DNA of 64,000 nt from Eledone cirrhosa (taxonomy: Eukaryota). A model generated the notes under the pieces. That model ran no database searches. It saw only the letters and a program-made list of their open reading frames with translations, and was not told where the DNA came from. Within the stretch, counting starts at the first letter, position 1; the number at the start of each line of letters is the position of its first letter. Shown here piece after piece: positions 1 to 19,286 of the stretch. Both the position numbers and the translations under genes were made by a program. The stretch spans positions 1 to 64,000 of the forward strand of contig CAXHJY010000821.1 of assembly GCA_964016885.1 (NCBI GenBank), given 5' to 3'.

Positions 1-770
1 TAGTCCTCTTCTGCTGTCGAGTACGTCTCGTCCTGACTATGAGGTCGCTAATTATCAGTCTATGTTGGGAGGTGCATTCTTCATGGGGGAGGGATTTAGT
101 GTTTACAACAGACACTCTGTCACGTCTTCTGGTAAGGATATAATCTACCTGGCTTGTGTGTTCCCCTGATCTATAGGTGATCAGGTGATTGTCACGTTTT
201 TTGAAGTTAGTGTTACAGATAGTTAGGTTATTTGCATCACAGAATTCCAGGATGCTGGAGCCTTCCTCATTTCTAGTACCAAACCCATAGCCTCCATGGA
301 TTTCGTCGTAGCCGTCACAATGTTGTCCAACGTGACCATTTAGGTCGCCTGCAATAATTATATAGTCACTGTCAGATATTTGGGAGGTAGTTAGCAACAG
401 TGTCTCATAGAATCTGTCTTTTATAGTGCCGGGCAGTCCGGATTGGGGTGCGTACGCAGATATTACTGTCACCGTAGTTTTATTGAGGACAAGTCTTATT
501 TTAATTATTCTGTCGTTCACTCTATTTACGTCTATTATCTTATCTGCCCACTTTTCTGCTACCATGATTCCTACTCCACCCAGCCCATCGTCGTTTCCCA
601 CCCAGAAAAGCTTATAACATCGTTTTTTACCCTCAATGAATCTAGCAGACCCACCCCTCCACCTGGTCTCTTGAATACAACAAACATCGACCTCCTTACG
701 TTCAAGCATTTCTACAACCTCGTAGCGCGACCCTTTAGGGTGCCCACATTTATGGTACCAACTCTGAAGT
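1..770 (-). mobile_element. RTE-clade LINE, 5' part of the ORF encoding the apurinic-like (APE) endonuclease; runs off the window start
   Basis: Manual minus-strand translation gives FRVGTINVGTLKGR, a frameshift near 725, then EVVEMLERKEVDVCCIQETRW...GVGIMV...ISAYAPQSG...IIAGDLNGHVG...GYGFGTRNEEG...ITYRSG..SQVDYIL...SQHRLI. It is open from about 722 to base 1 and carries all APE motifs. Confidence 0.92.
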
Positions 771-821
771 TTTGGGTTGCGTTTGGAGGGTGGGGGTGGT
801 GGGGGCGGGGGGAGATAGGGT

Positions 822-1415
822 TACGTTAGCCATCCGCGGACGAAACAAAGAGGAGTGCTCGCATTCTCGTCCACGAGGTGAATTTGACTTTAACTTTGGC
901 ATTTTCGTTCTGAGCGTCCAGATTTTTCTCTCCCTTCCACTCTCCAGGATTCCGCAGTCCGTCCATCCATCCATCCATCCATCATATATCGAAGGCAACC
1001 GGGCAAGCGATAGTATAGGCCTCTGGCTTATGATTGGTCCGCGTAATAATAATAATAATGGTGATGCGTGGGGGTGGGGGGGCTCTGGCTTATAATAATA
1101 ATGGTGATGCGTGGGGGGGGGGGGGCTCTGGCTTATGATTGGTCCACGTATTATGTGTGGGGGGCGGGTGGGAGGGGTGTGGGGTAGCTAGCTGGAAGGT
1201 TATGAATGTTTAACAAGCGATTTAACAAAAAGCAAAACTGCAAAATTTGTTCTGTTCAATACGACAAAAACACCGTATTTAAACCTTAAATATATAACAA
1301 AAAATACAGATTTCGGATTTTGCGAGATTGGATGTTTGGACTATGTACGAAAATTGAGCGTGGAATAGATGGAGGAAAAATTTGTACTTTACGATTTACA
1401 TGAGTACAGCGTAGA
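822..1415 (+). mobile_element. Possible non-autonomous Helentron/DINE-1-like (HINE) element
   Basis: 5' inverted pair CGCGGACGA / TCGTCCACG, a GTCC/ATCC microsatellite about 130 bp in (957-983), then internal imperfect tandem repeats (1018-1150). No clear 3' terminus. Confidence 0.3.
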
Positions 1416-2945
<1,530 letters not shown>

Positions 2946-3765
2946 TGAAGAGGCGGATTTTCAGGTCTCTACGAAGGTCCGACTTCCACACCGATCTCAA
3001 GCTGTGACACGCTGCCCAGGCCTTGCTCCTCCTCTCAACCACATCATCTTCCGTATTCCCAATCTTTGCTCCCAAATACAGGAAGTCCTCAACCAATTCC
3101 AGCGGCTTCCCGCCTACATTAGTGATCCCCTCTGGCTTCTCAACATTCTCTACCAGATATTTTGTTTTAGTCTCATTCATTCTCAGCCCCACACTCATCG
3201 ACACAGTCTCAACCTCCCGCATCAAATCCTCTGCCTCCTTCACTGTATTTGTCACCAAAACTATGTCGTCGGCAAATTCAGCATCCGATACCTTTTTCGC
3301 CCCAACTCTCCTGCTCTGAGCTGGAGAGTTGAGGCTGTAGTGGAGTCTGTGCTGCTGTATGGGTCTGAGACTTGGACACTGACCAAGAGACTCACTCAGA
3401 TGGTGGATGGGTGCTACACGAAAATGCTGAGGATGGCTCTGAACATTAATCAGTATACACTGAGGATGAAAAACTCAGAGCTGTATGGGAGCATCCCAAA
3501 AGTCAGCTCAAAAGTGACACAGAGGAGACTGAGGTTGGCTGGACATGCTCACCGACATCCAGAGTTGACATTGCACTCAGTGCTCCTTTGGGAGCCCCTA
3601 CATGGACACACTAGAAGCGGAAGACCAAGGTTAACATATGTTGATGCCCTAAGGACAGACACTGGTCTGTTGGAGATGCAGGACATGGCAGCGATAATGA
3701 GGGACAGAGACCGCTGGGAGAGAACTCGTCCATGGATCTCGGGAATTTTACCCGCCTTAGATGTA
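2946..3765 (+). mobile_element. 5'-truncated RTE LINE with a 5' inversion (RT core inverted, C-terminus forward), embedded in microsatellite
   Basis: 2946-3330 minus strand: [21 protein letters not shown]...[10 protein letters not shown]...FLYLG...DLKIRLF. 3331-3765 plus strand: [17 protein letters not shown]...RRLRLAGH...GRPRLTY...RDRW. Confidence 0.92.
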
Positions 3766-6727
<2,962 letters not shown>

Positions 6728-6856
6728 GGAAAGTTATATTTAAATTGTTGGGTTACAACTAGTAAATATTTATAACTGATATAAAAGCACTCAACAAGTA
6801 TTTGGAGTATATTTACGATATTAAATAAATGGAAACTATATTTATAAAACCATATT

Positions 6857-6922
6857 TATTTCATTATATATATTTCAGGGATATCATATTAACAATATGT
6901 TATGCCTTCCTCAGACAAAATA
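6857..6922 (-). ncRNA. Type I hammerhead ribozyme with minimal palindromic stem III, in a 270-bp island (6728-7000)
   Basis: Minus strand: TATTTTGT-CTGAGGA-AGGcATAaCATATT gtt AATATGaTATcCCT-GAAA-TATATA-TA-ATGAAATA. Stem I is 8 bp (2 GU); stem II is 12 bp with 2 mismatches. Confidence 0.8.
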
Positions 6923-7000
6923 CAATATAGACAGTTTTATAGATAAATAGATTTGACATACCGTTCAACATCGACTTGTATTTGAAAAAGTTGATTTGGC

Positions 7001-7006
7001 ATATAC

Positions 7007-7037
<31 letters not shown>

Positions 7038-7099
7038 CATATATATATATACATATATACATATATACATACATATATACATATATATATATACATATA

Positions 7100-7130
<31 letters not shown>

Positions 7131-8710
7131 ATATATATACATATATACATATACATATATACATATACATATATATATACATATACATATATACATATAC
7201 ATATATATATATATATATACATATATACATACATGTATATATATATATATACATATATACATACATGTATATATATATACATATATACATACATGTATAT
7301 ATATATACATATATACATACATGTATATATATATACATATATACATACATGTATATATATATACATATATACATACATGTATATATATATACATATATAC
7401 ATACATGTATATATATATACATATATACATACATGTATATATATATACATATATACATACATGTATATATATATACATATATACATACATGTATATATAT
7501 ATACATATATACATACATGTATATATATATACATATATACATAGATATATATATATATACATATATACATATATATATATATACATATATACATATATAC
7601 ATACATGTATATATATATACATATATATATATATACATATATACATACATATATATATATATACATATATACATACATATATATATATATACATATATAC
7701 ATACATATATATATATATACATATATACATACATATATATATATATACATACATATATATATATATACATATATACATATATATATATATACATATATAC
7801 ATACATATATATATATATACATATATACATACATATATATACATATATACATACATATATATATATATACATATATACATACATATATATATATATACAT
7901 ATATACATACATATATATATATATACATATATACATACATATATATATATATACATATATACATACATATATATATATATACATATATACATACATATAT
8001 ATATATATACATATATACATACATATATATATATATACATATATACATACATATATATATATATACATATATACATACATATATATATATATACATATAT
8101 ACATACATATATATATATATACATATATACATACATATATATATATATACATATATACATACATATATATATATATACATACATATATATATATATACAT
8201 ATATATACATATATATATATATACATATATATACATATATATATATATACATATATATACATATATACATACATATATATATATATGTACATATATATAC
8301 ATATATATATATACATATATATATATATGTACATATATACATATATATATATATGTACATATATACATACATATATATATATGTACATATATACATACAT
8401 ATATATATATGTACATATATACATACATATATACATACATATATATATATATACATATATATATACATATATATATACATATATATATACATATATATAT
8501 ACATATATACATATATATATACATATATACATATATATATACATATATATATATATATACATATATATATACATATATATATACATATATACATACATAT
8601 ATATATATATATACATATATATATACATATATATATACATATATACATACATATATACATACATATATATATATATATACATATATATATACATATATAT
8701 ATACATACAT
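7001..8710. repeat. Compound (TA)n/(TACA)n microsatellite with about 26-bp higher-order units
   Basis: A unit containing ATACATGTATAT recurs through 7230-7530. Confidence 0.97.
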
Positions 8711-9318
8711 GGTGGCTGCCAACTCGTTTTTCGAGTACGGCCACTACTTTATAATCCATGTAGGAGAACCCCTACCGATGCGCTGAACAAGTGTGACTTT
8801 TTAGTCCAGCCAGCGACTTGAACACTCTGGTACAAACACTAAAACTTGTGACAATTATTGACACAGTGCTGGGCCCATGGTACCATGTGACGACAAGTGC
8901 AGAGAGATCTCCAGATATAAAGCAATGCCTGTGCCGTGAAGCTTTTATAGTGAGCAAAGGCACTGCACAAAGCCAGTCCCACTCTCTTAACCAAGATGAT
9001 ATTTACCAAAAAGAAGAACAAGTCAACATCATTGGATACCATCAGGGTTGCAGGTGTTATATCAGAGTTTTCCTTCTCCTAGAATTCTGCCTTGACAAAG
9101 GCTAAGGGGTCATCTCTCCCGGTGATTTTGAATGGTCATTGACTCTTAAGAGCTCCTTTGCCCTTTGACAGGTTTTGTTTTTAGTCCTGCAGGATGTCCA
9201 AAGTCACCCTCCTTACCAAGAAACCTTGGTGGGGTTGCCAGTTTAGTCGCCAACGACCCGACCATGGGACAGGTTGTACTGGGATACATGTTACCAGTAG
9301 CACCAACTGGTGACCTGA
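8711..9318 (-). mobile_element. About 610-bp non-coding interspersed element, copy 1 (probable non-autonomous retroelement, RTE-UTR-like)
   Basis: Closely similar to 10005-10589; terminal stem-loop at 8712-8744; microsatellite on both sides. Confidence 0.7.
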
Positions 9319-9492
9319 CACATATATACATACATATACATACATATATATATATATACATACATACATACATATATACATACATACATACATATATACA
9401 TACATACATACATATATACATATATACATACATACATATATACATACATATATACATACATACATATATACATACATACATACATACATATA

Positions 9493-9528
<36 letters not shown>

Positions 9529-9601
9529 CATATATATATATATATACATATATATACACATATATATATACATATATATATATATATACATATATATATA
9601 C

Positions 9602-9636
<35 letters not shown>

Positions 9637-9647
9637 CATATATATAC

Positions 9648-9738
<91 letters not shown>

Positions 9739-9798
9739 CATATATATATATATACATACATATATATATATACATACATATATATATATACATACATA

Positions 9799-9850
<52 letters not shown>

Positions 9851-9915
9851 CATACATACATATATATATACATACATATATATATATACATACATATATA
9901 TATATAACATACATA

Positions 9916-10004
<89 letters not shown>
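9319..10004. repeat. (TA)n/(TACA)n microsatellite
   Basis: Directly visible. Confidence 0.97.
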
Positions 10005-10589
10005 GGTGGCTGCCAACTCGTTTTCGAGTACGGCCACTACTTTATATCCATGTAGGAGAACCCCTACCGATGCGCTGAACGAATGTGACTTTTTAGTCCA
10101 GCCAGCGACTTGAAAACTCTGGTACAAAGACTACACTTGTGACCATGATTGACACATAGTGCAGGGCCCATGGTACCATGTGATGACAAGTGCAGAGAGA
10201 TCTCCAGATATAAAGCAATGCCTGCGCCATGAAGCTTTTATAGTGAGCAAAGGCACTGCACAAAGCCAGTCCCACTCTCTTAACCAAGATGATATTTACC
10301 AAAAAGAAGAACAAGTCAACATCATTGGATACCATCAGCGTTGCAGGTGTTATATCAGAGTTTTCCTTCTCCTAGAATTCTGCCTTGACAAAGGCTAAGG
10401 GGTCATCTCTCCCAGTGATTTTGGATGGCTATTGACTCTTAAGAGCTCCCTTGCCCTTTTGACAGGTTTTGTTTTTAGTCCTGCAGGATGTCCAAAGTCA
10501 CCCTCCTCACCAAGAAACCTTGGTGGGGGTACAGTTTAGTCGCCAACGACCCGACCATGAGACAGGTTGTACTGGGATACATGTTACCA
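10005..10589 (-). mobile_element. About 585-bp non-coding interspersed element, copy 2
   Basis: Same left end (GGTGGCTGCCAACTCG) as copy 1, about 20 nt shorter at the right end, scattered substitutions and indels. Confidence 0.7.
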
Positions 10590-10622
10590 ACATATATACA
10601 TACATATATATATATATACATA

Positions 10623-10670
<48 letters not shown>

Positions 10671-10763
10671 CATACATACATATACATATATATACATACA
10701 CATACATACATATACATATATATACATACATATATATATATACATACATATACATATATGTAC

Positions 10764-10804
<41 letters not shown>

Positions 10805-10851
10805 CATATATGTACATACATACATATATATACATACATACATATATATAC

Positions 10852-10899
<48 letters not shown>

Positions 10900-10908
10900 A
10901 TACATACA

Positions 10909-10949
<41 letters not shown>

Positions 10950-11117
10950 ACATATATATATATACATATATATATATACATATATAGATATACATATACA
11001 TACATATATATATAGATATACATATACATACATATATATATATATATACATACATACATACATATATATATATACATACATACATACACATACATATATA
11101 TACATACATACACATAC

Positions 11118-11213
<96 letters not shown>

Positions 11214-11421
11214 ACATATATATATATACATATACATATAGATATACATATACATATAGATATACATATACATATATATATATATATAGATATACATATA
11301 TATACATATACATATACATATAGATATACATACATATATAGATATACATATATATATAGATATACATATATATATAGATATACATATATATACATATATA
11401 CATATATATATATATACATAG

Positions 11422-11470
<49 letters not shown>

Positions 11471-11529
11471 CATATATATATATACATATATATATATACA
11501 TACATATATATATATATATACATATATAT

Positions 11530-11560
<31 letters not shown>

Positions 11561-12041
11561 CATACATATATATATATATATACATATATATATACATACA
11601 TATATATATATATATACATATATACATACATATATATATATATATACACATATATACATACATATATATATATATATACACATATATACATACATATATA
11701 TATATATATATACACATATATACATACATATATATATATATATATATACACATATATACATACATATATATATATATATATACACATATATACATACATA
11801 TATATATATACACATATATACATACATATATATATATACACATATATAGATACATATATATATATATACACATATATACATACATACATATATATATATA
11901 TATACACATATATACATACATACATATATATATATACACATATATACATACATACATATATATATATACACATATATACATACATACATATATATATATA
12001 CACATATATACATACATACATATATATATATATATACACAT

Positions 12042-12180
12042 AAAATATTAAACAAATAATGAACAAACAATTCCTTATATTAAACAAAAAAAGTTCACTA
12101 TTTAACGATCGTTTCTAGGGTATATATGTGTTATAATTGGTATGCATATTTCTACCGTAAACTCTTGGTAGATTTATCTA
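12042..12180 (-). mobile_element. Two adjacent hammerhead 3'-half fragments (Penelope pLTR-like remnants)
   Basis: Minus strand: TACC-aagagtttac-GGTA-GAAA-TATGCA-TA (12141-12170) and CCCTA-GAAA-CGATCG-TT (12104-12120). Both lack CUGANGA. Confidence 0.5.
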
Positions 12181-12445
12181 CATATATACACATATATACA
12201 TACATACACATATATATATATATACACATATATACATACATACACATATATATATATATACACATATATACATACATACATATATATATATATATACACA
12301 TATATACACACATACATATATATATATATACACATATATACACACATATATATATATATACACATATATACACACATATATATATATATATACACATATA
12401 TATACACATATATATATATATACACATATATATACACGTATATAC

Positions 12446-12494
<49 letters not shown>

Positions 12495-13664
12495 TACATA
12501 CATATATATACATATATACATATATACATACATATACATACATACATATATATATACATACATATATATATACATACATACATACATATATACATACATA
12601 CATATATACATACATACATATATACATACATACATATATACATACATACATATATACATACATACATATATACATACATATATATATACATACATATATA
12701 TATACATACATATATATATACATACATATATATATACATACATATATATATACATACATATATATATACATACATATATATATACATACATATATATATA
12801 CATACATATATATATACATACATATATATATACATACATATATATATACATACATATATATATACATACATACATATATACATACATACATATATACATA
12901 CATACATATATACATACATATATATATACATACATATATATATACATACATACATATATATATACATACATATATACATACATACATATATATATACATA
13001 CATATATACATACATACATATATATATACATACATATATACATACATATATATATACATACATATATACATACATATATATATACATACATATATATACA
13101 TATATATATACATACATACATATATACATACATACATATATACATACATACATATATACATACATATATACATACATATATATACATATATATATACATA
13201 CATATACATATATATATACATACATATACATATATATATACATACATACATACATATATATATATACATACATACATACATATATATATATACATACATA
13301 TATATATATACATACATATATATATATACATATACATATATATATATACATATACATATACATACATATACATATACATACATATACATATACATATATA
13401 TACATATACATATATATACATATACATATATATACATATACATATATATACATATACATATATATATACATATATACATATATATATACACACATATATA
13501 TATATATACATATATGTGCAACGAAAGATTTATGTAAATTATGTAAACTATATATATATATATATGTGTTTGTGTCTATATTGTATCTGTATTATTTTTG
13601 ACCGCTGGTCAGTCAATGGCAACATTGAGGACCGAGTAAGTTAGATCGCAGATATATATATATA

Positions 13665-13762
13665 AAAGACAGCGAGAAGCGAAAACCAACCAAACAGTGA
13701 GTGTGTTCTGTTATTAATTCTGTCAATATTACGCAAATATGACCCTCACCAAGTATAACAAT
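13665..13762. repeat. About 95-bp dispersed repeat flanked by TA runs; second copy at 32087-32181
   Basis: GAAGCGAAAACCAACCAAACAGTGAGTGTGTTCT...CAAATATGACCCTC.CCAAGTATAACAAT occurs at both sites. Confidence 0.85.
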
Positions 13763-15234
13763 ACATATATATATATACACACATATATATATACACACAT
13801 ATATATATACACACATATATACACATATATATACATATACACACATATATACACATATATATATATACATACACATATATATATACACATATATATATAT
13901 ACATACACATATATATATATATATACACATATACATATACACATATACACATATATATATACATATATATATACATGCATATATACATGCATATATACAT
14001 GCATATATATACACATATATATATACACATATATATATACACATATATATATACACATATATATATACACATATATATATACACATATATATATACACAT
14101 ATATATATACACATATATATATACACATATATATATACACATATATATATACACATATATATATACACATATATATATACACATGTATATATACACATGT
14201 ATATATACACATATATATATACACATATATATATACACATATATATATACACATATATATATACACATATATATATATACATATATATACATATATATAC
14301 ACATATATATATACACATATATATATATACATATACACATATATATACACATATATATATACATATACACATATATATACACATATATATATACATATAC
14401 ACATATATATATATACATATACACATATATATATATACATATACACATATATATATATACATATACACATATATATATACACATATACACATATATATAT
14501 ACATATACACATATATATATACATATACACATATATATATACATATACACATATATATATACATATACACATATATATATACATATACACATATATATAT
14601 ATACACATATATATATACATATACACATATATATATATACACATATACACATATATATATACATATACACATATATATATACATATACACATATATATAT
14701 ACATATACACATATATATACATATACACATATATATACATATACACATATATATACATATACACATATATATATACATATACACACATATATATATACAT
14801 ATACACACATATATATATACATATACACATATATATATACATATACACACATATATATATACATATACACATATATATATACATATACACACATATATAT
14901 ATACACATATATATATACATATACATATACACATATATATATACATATATACACATATATATATACATATATATATATACACATATATATATACATATAT
15001 ATATACACACATATATATATACATATATATATACATATATATATACACACATATATATATACATATATATATACATATATATATACATATATATATACAT
15101 ATATATATACATATATATATACATATATATATACATATATATACACATATATATATATACACATATATATATATACACATATATATATATACATATATAT
15201 ATATATACATATATATATATACATATATATATAC

Positions 15235-15274
<40 letters not shown>

Positions 15275-15635
15275 ATATATATATATATACACATATATAT
15301 ATATATATATATACATACATATACATATATATATACATACAATACATATATACATACATACATATATATATATATATACATACATACATATATATATATA
15401 TATACATACATATATATATATATATATACATACATATATATATATATATACATACATATATATATATATATACATACATATATATATATATACATACATA
15501 TATATATATACATACATATATAATATATATATATACATACATATATATATATATACATACATATATATATATATACATACAATATATATATATATACATA
15601 CATATATATATATACATACATATATATATATATAT

Positions 15636-15666
<31 letters not shown>

Positions 15667-16842
15667 CATACATACATACGCCACATGTGCATACATATAT
15701 ACATACACATATACATATTTATACATATATACCTACACATATGCATACATACATACACACATATATACATACACATATGCATACATATATACATACACAT
15801 ATGCATATATATATATACATACACTTATGCATACATATATACATACACATATATATATATCCATACACATATGCATACATATATACATATCCATATACAC
15901 ACACACCACATGCATACATCTATTAGTTACTGTTGGCTAACAAAGGGAGTCGGTTGAATGTTACAAGTTAATGTTTTAACTTGGTTTAACCTGGTGGTTT
16001 AATAATGATTATAACAGCGTTGGAACATTAAGCTTTACATACTACAAAATTAATGTGTTTTGGACAACCATATGTTTAGCATCAATCTTGAACAATGAAT
16101 GATACTCATTCTCTCCCTCTCTGTATGTCCCTCTTTTACTCCCTCTATGTCTCTGTCTGTCTCTCCTTCTCTACCATTATCTATCATTACAGCTGCACAG
16201 TTCTGCTCCTGCCAAATAATTAACACTTTCCCTTTCATCTTTAATTCATCAAGTCTTTTGAAACATAACACCTCAATTTCAGATAAACTTCTCAGAGCTC
16301 TCACTCTTAATTTAATTAATCCAACTGATTGCCTGATATATTCCCTACAGATTTATCATATGTAGGCACCCATTCTAGTATGGCTCATTTGTTTGCTAAT
16401 AATATTTCTGAATGACTTAAACTTTCAGTTTCACTCAATATATAAACTACCTATCTTCCACATGTATCAAATAATTGACCTCAGAGAACCTCTCAAGCAT
16501 AGCTGAACATTCCTACTCTCCCCCACCTCTTGCCCCCCCCCCCCCCCACCAGAAGATCAAGACCTATAATTCATATATTTTCCTCCCATACCATCTATTA
16601 CACATACTTACCTATTTTAGCACAAATATATACATAAATATTTTGCATAATAAACAGGGAGAATGAACAAATGAATCAAATAATGATAAAAATGGAAAGG
16701 AGAAGAGAGGGTCTGCGTTTATACTTTTGTCTTGGTGATATATCTCAGCTGTTTCTCCACAGAATTGATGGCAAAAGTATTGCCATTGAGAACAACTTAT
16801 AACTAATATCACTATCTCTAGTGATAATGTTATGGAAAACTC

Positions 16843-17082
16843 TTAAACCCTTTGTGACCATATTTCTAATGAAATATGCTACTAATAATTTTCAAATCAT
16901 TTTGAAAATAATCAAGAATTTAGTAGGATTTAGTAATATAACTAACTTTCTCATTATTCACTCGGTGTTTAAAACAAGGTTCTAATTTTGATAGAGGATT
17001 TTTAGATAAGTATTTTAAAATAAGCAGCTTCATATCATAGAACTAATGAGACTTCAGGTGGTTTGGTATCTAAAGGGTTTAA
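16843..17082. mobile_element. piggyBac-type MITE (family A); related copies near 18090-18471, 18764-19028, 24520-24707, 31050-31567, 42874-43124, 46059-46250, 48135-48320, 61530-61750
   Basis: Termini TTAA-ACCCTTT ... AAAGGGT-TTAA and shared internal AT-rich blocks. Confidence 0.7.
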
Positions 17083-17471
17083 GTAACAATAAGATAAGAA
17101 AAGTTCTGTGTGAGTGTTGTTATAAGGATGATATTAATTTAACCATAAATAATAGAGTTGTTTAGTTACTGTAAAGCCGAATTCTCTGTTACCATACTAT
17201 CTAAGATGATTACATCATTAGACTGCAAAGGTTAATTTTTTTCTAATTGCAATTAAGTAAAAAGATATCTAATCTATATAGAAAAATGTGAGTGTAAACA
17301 AGTGTGTGTGTGTATGAATACATGCATGTGAGTGTCAAAGAAATGCACACACACACACACACACGCATACAGGGTTATATTAATAAGCATGATTTAACCA
17401 AAGCATAAAAGGGTATCTAAGTACTCCTGGCAACATTCCTATTAATAATTATGGAGAGAGAGAGAGAGAGA

Positions 17472-17503
<32 letters not shown>

Positions 17504-19129
17504 TATGAGGAGAATAGATAAATTCTAGGGATGCTGTAAGTTATATGATTGGTATTCAGAAGAATGTTAATTTAATTCCCATCTTAAAATACTTACATTT
17601 TCTCTTTATTGGCTTATGATTTGATAAATTATTCCGAAATAGTTTAAACATTTGTTCAGCAGCCAATATATCTATAACTTAAACACCTATTCTATTAGCC
17701 AAGAATATAATCTTTAGTGCAAGTAACACATCAAAATAACAGATTTTTGGAACATAATATTGGTAATATATTAGTTTTAAACCAAATCTAATCCTGCAGA
17801 AAATTTAAATTCTTAACCAAATCAGAACTATAATAAGTATAAATATATTTCAGAAAATTGTCAACTCGATCAAGAGTATGAAAAAAAATTAACCTGGAAT
17901 TTTTTTAAATGAAATATTTTTACTCTTATTTTTGTTAATCTGCATGAAATAAATGAGAGGAGCATAAATAATACTTTCCTGAATTATGTGAGTAGGTGTT
18001 TTTAATGAAGGCTTTTTGAATATTGTGAGAAATAATATCTATTTCACAGTTAAGTTTGATTGAAGTTAACTATGTAATATTACTTTGCTTAACTCTTTCA
18101 TTATAAAGTGATCGAGCTGTAACTTGGAAATCATTGCTACTTTTCTACTTTGAAAATAGAATTTACACTGGCTAAAAGTATGGAGTGCTCAAGAAATTAA
18201 TGTTTGAATGTTTTAAATACTATAGTATTATAAACACATATCCTATTCCTAATAAAAGGCTGCAAATGATTTTCAAATAACTTTGAATATAATGAAGAAT
18301 TTGGAAGTATTTAGTAATATAACTAAATTTCTCACTAGTGTTTCGAACATAAAGGTGTTTACATAAAATTACACTGGAAGGTTTTTAGATAAACATAAAA
18401 ACATTAAAATAGACAGCACTGTATCAGAGAACTAGGGACAGTTTCAATTCGTTTGGTAACAAAGGTGTTAAACTTTTAAACTCATCACCATTAAGTTAAT
18501 ACCTCAGCAACCCAGTCACAGTTTTCACGCAGGATAAGAAACTTACAGGAAATGAATTAGCAGTTTTATTTCAAATTCTTCACTTAGCTGAGGTATTTCC
18601 TTCCATTAATAAAAGAAAAGTGGGTGGGGTTAATAAATGGGTCTAAGCCAGTCCTTAGATATCAACTAATAAATAAAACTAATACATTTTTATCATACCT
18701 TTGTGGAATACTAAAGTTGTGCTTTTTTTCTGATTAATTCGTCAAAGTACTGATATATTTTTTTAACCCTTTTGATAAGACCATCAAGCTGAGACTGCCA
18801 CTGGTTCTATGAAATAAAACCATTCTTTTTGAAGAGTGTAATTAAATTTAAGATTCCTAAATTTCATGAAAGAATAATTTGTTAAGTTGCATTCTAACCA
18901 TCAACTTATGGATGGAGAAGTTAATTATTTTACTAAATCCCTCCAAATTTTTGTTTATATATATTTTTTAATCAAATGAAACATATTGTCAGTGTATTTC
19001 ATTAAAAATATAGTCACAAAGGAATTAAGCACAGAGCCACCAGTTTATTTAAAAGATAGAATGAGATTAAGTGATATTCAATCTTAACCCCCTCCATACA
19101 CACGCACACATATGTATATCATGACTCAT

Positions 19130-19286
19130 ACACTGTTCACTTTCCTGACATTAGTACACTATTTTATTTACTTTACATGCACATTTGATGAGTTGTAGTG
19201 CACCTGAGCACTATATACAATAATTTTCATTATTATTTTCATTATTATTATCATTATTATTATCATTATTATTATCATTATTATTA
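19130..19286 (+). mobile_element. Probable LINE (CR1/L2-like) 3' end with (ATT)n tail
   Basis: TTTGATGAGTTGTAGTGCACCTGAGCACTATATACAATAAT followed by (CATTATTAT)n. Family assignment is from recall only. Confidence 0.35.

Larger units (their letters stand above)
10590..15918. repeat. Compound (TA)/(CA) microsatellite arrays interrupted by short unique islands (12042-12180, 13516-13762)
   Basis: Directly visible. Confidence 0.96.

Noticed and set aside
16603-16630. Second minus-strand AG|GTAAGT
   Set aside because: No polypyrimidine tract directly upstream, so not a convincing recursive site; no supported exon.
18498-18598. 11-bp inverted repeat AATACCTCAGC / GCTGAGGTATT
   Set aside because: Single occurrence with no TSD or internal pairing; may be chance.
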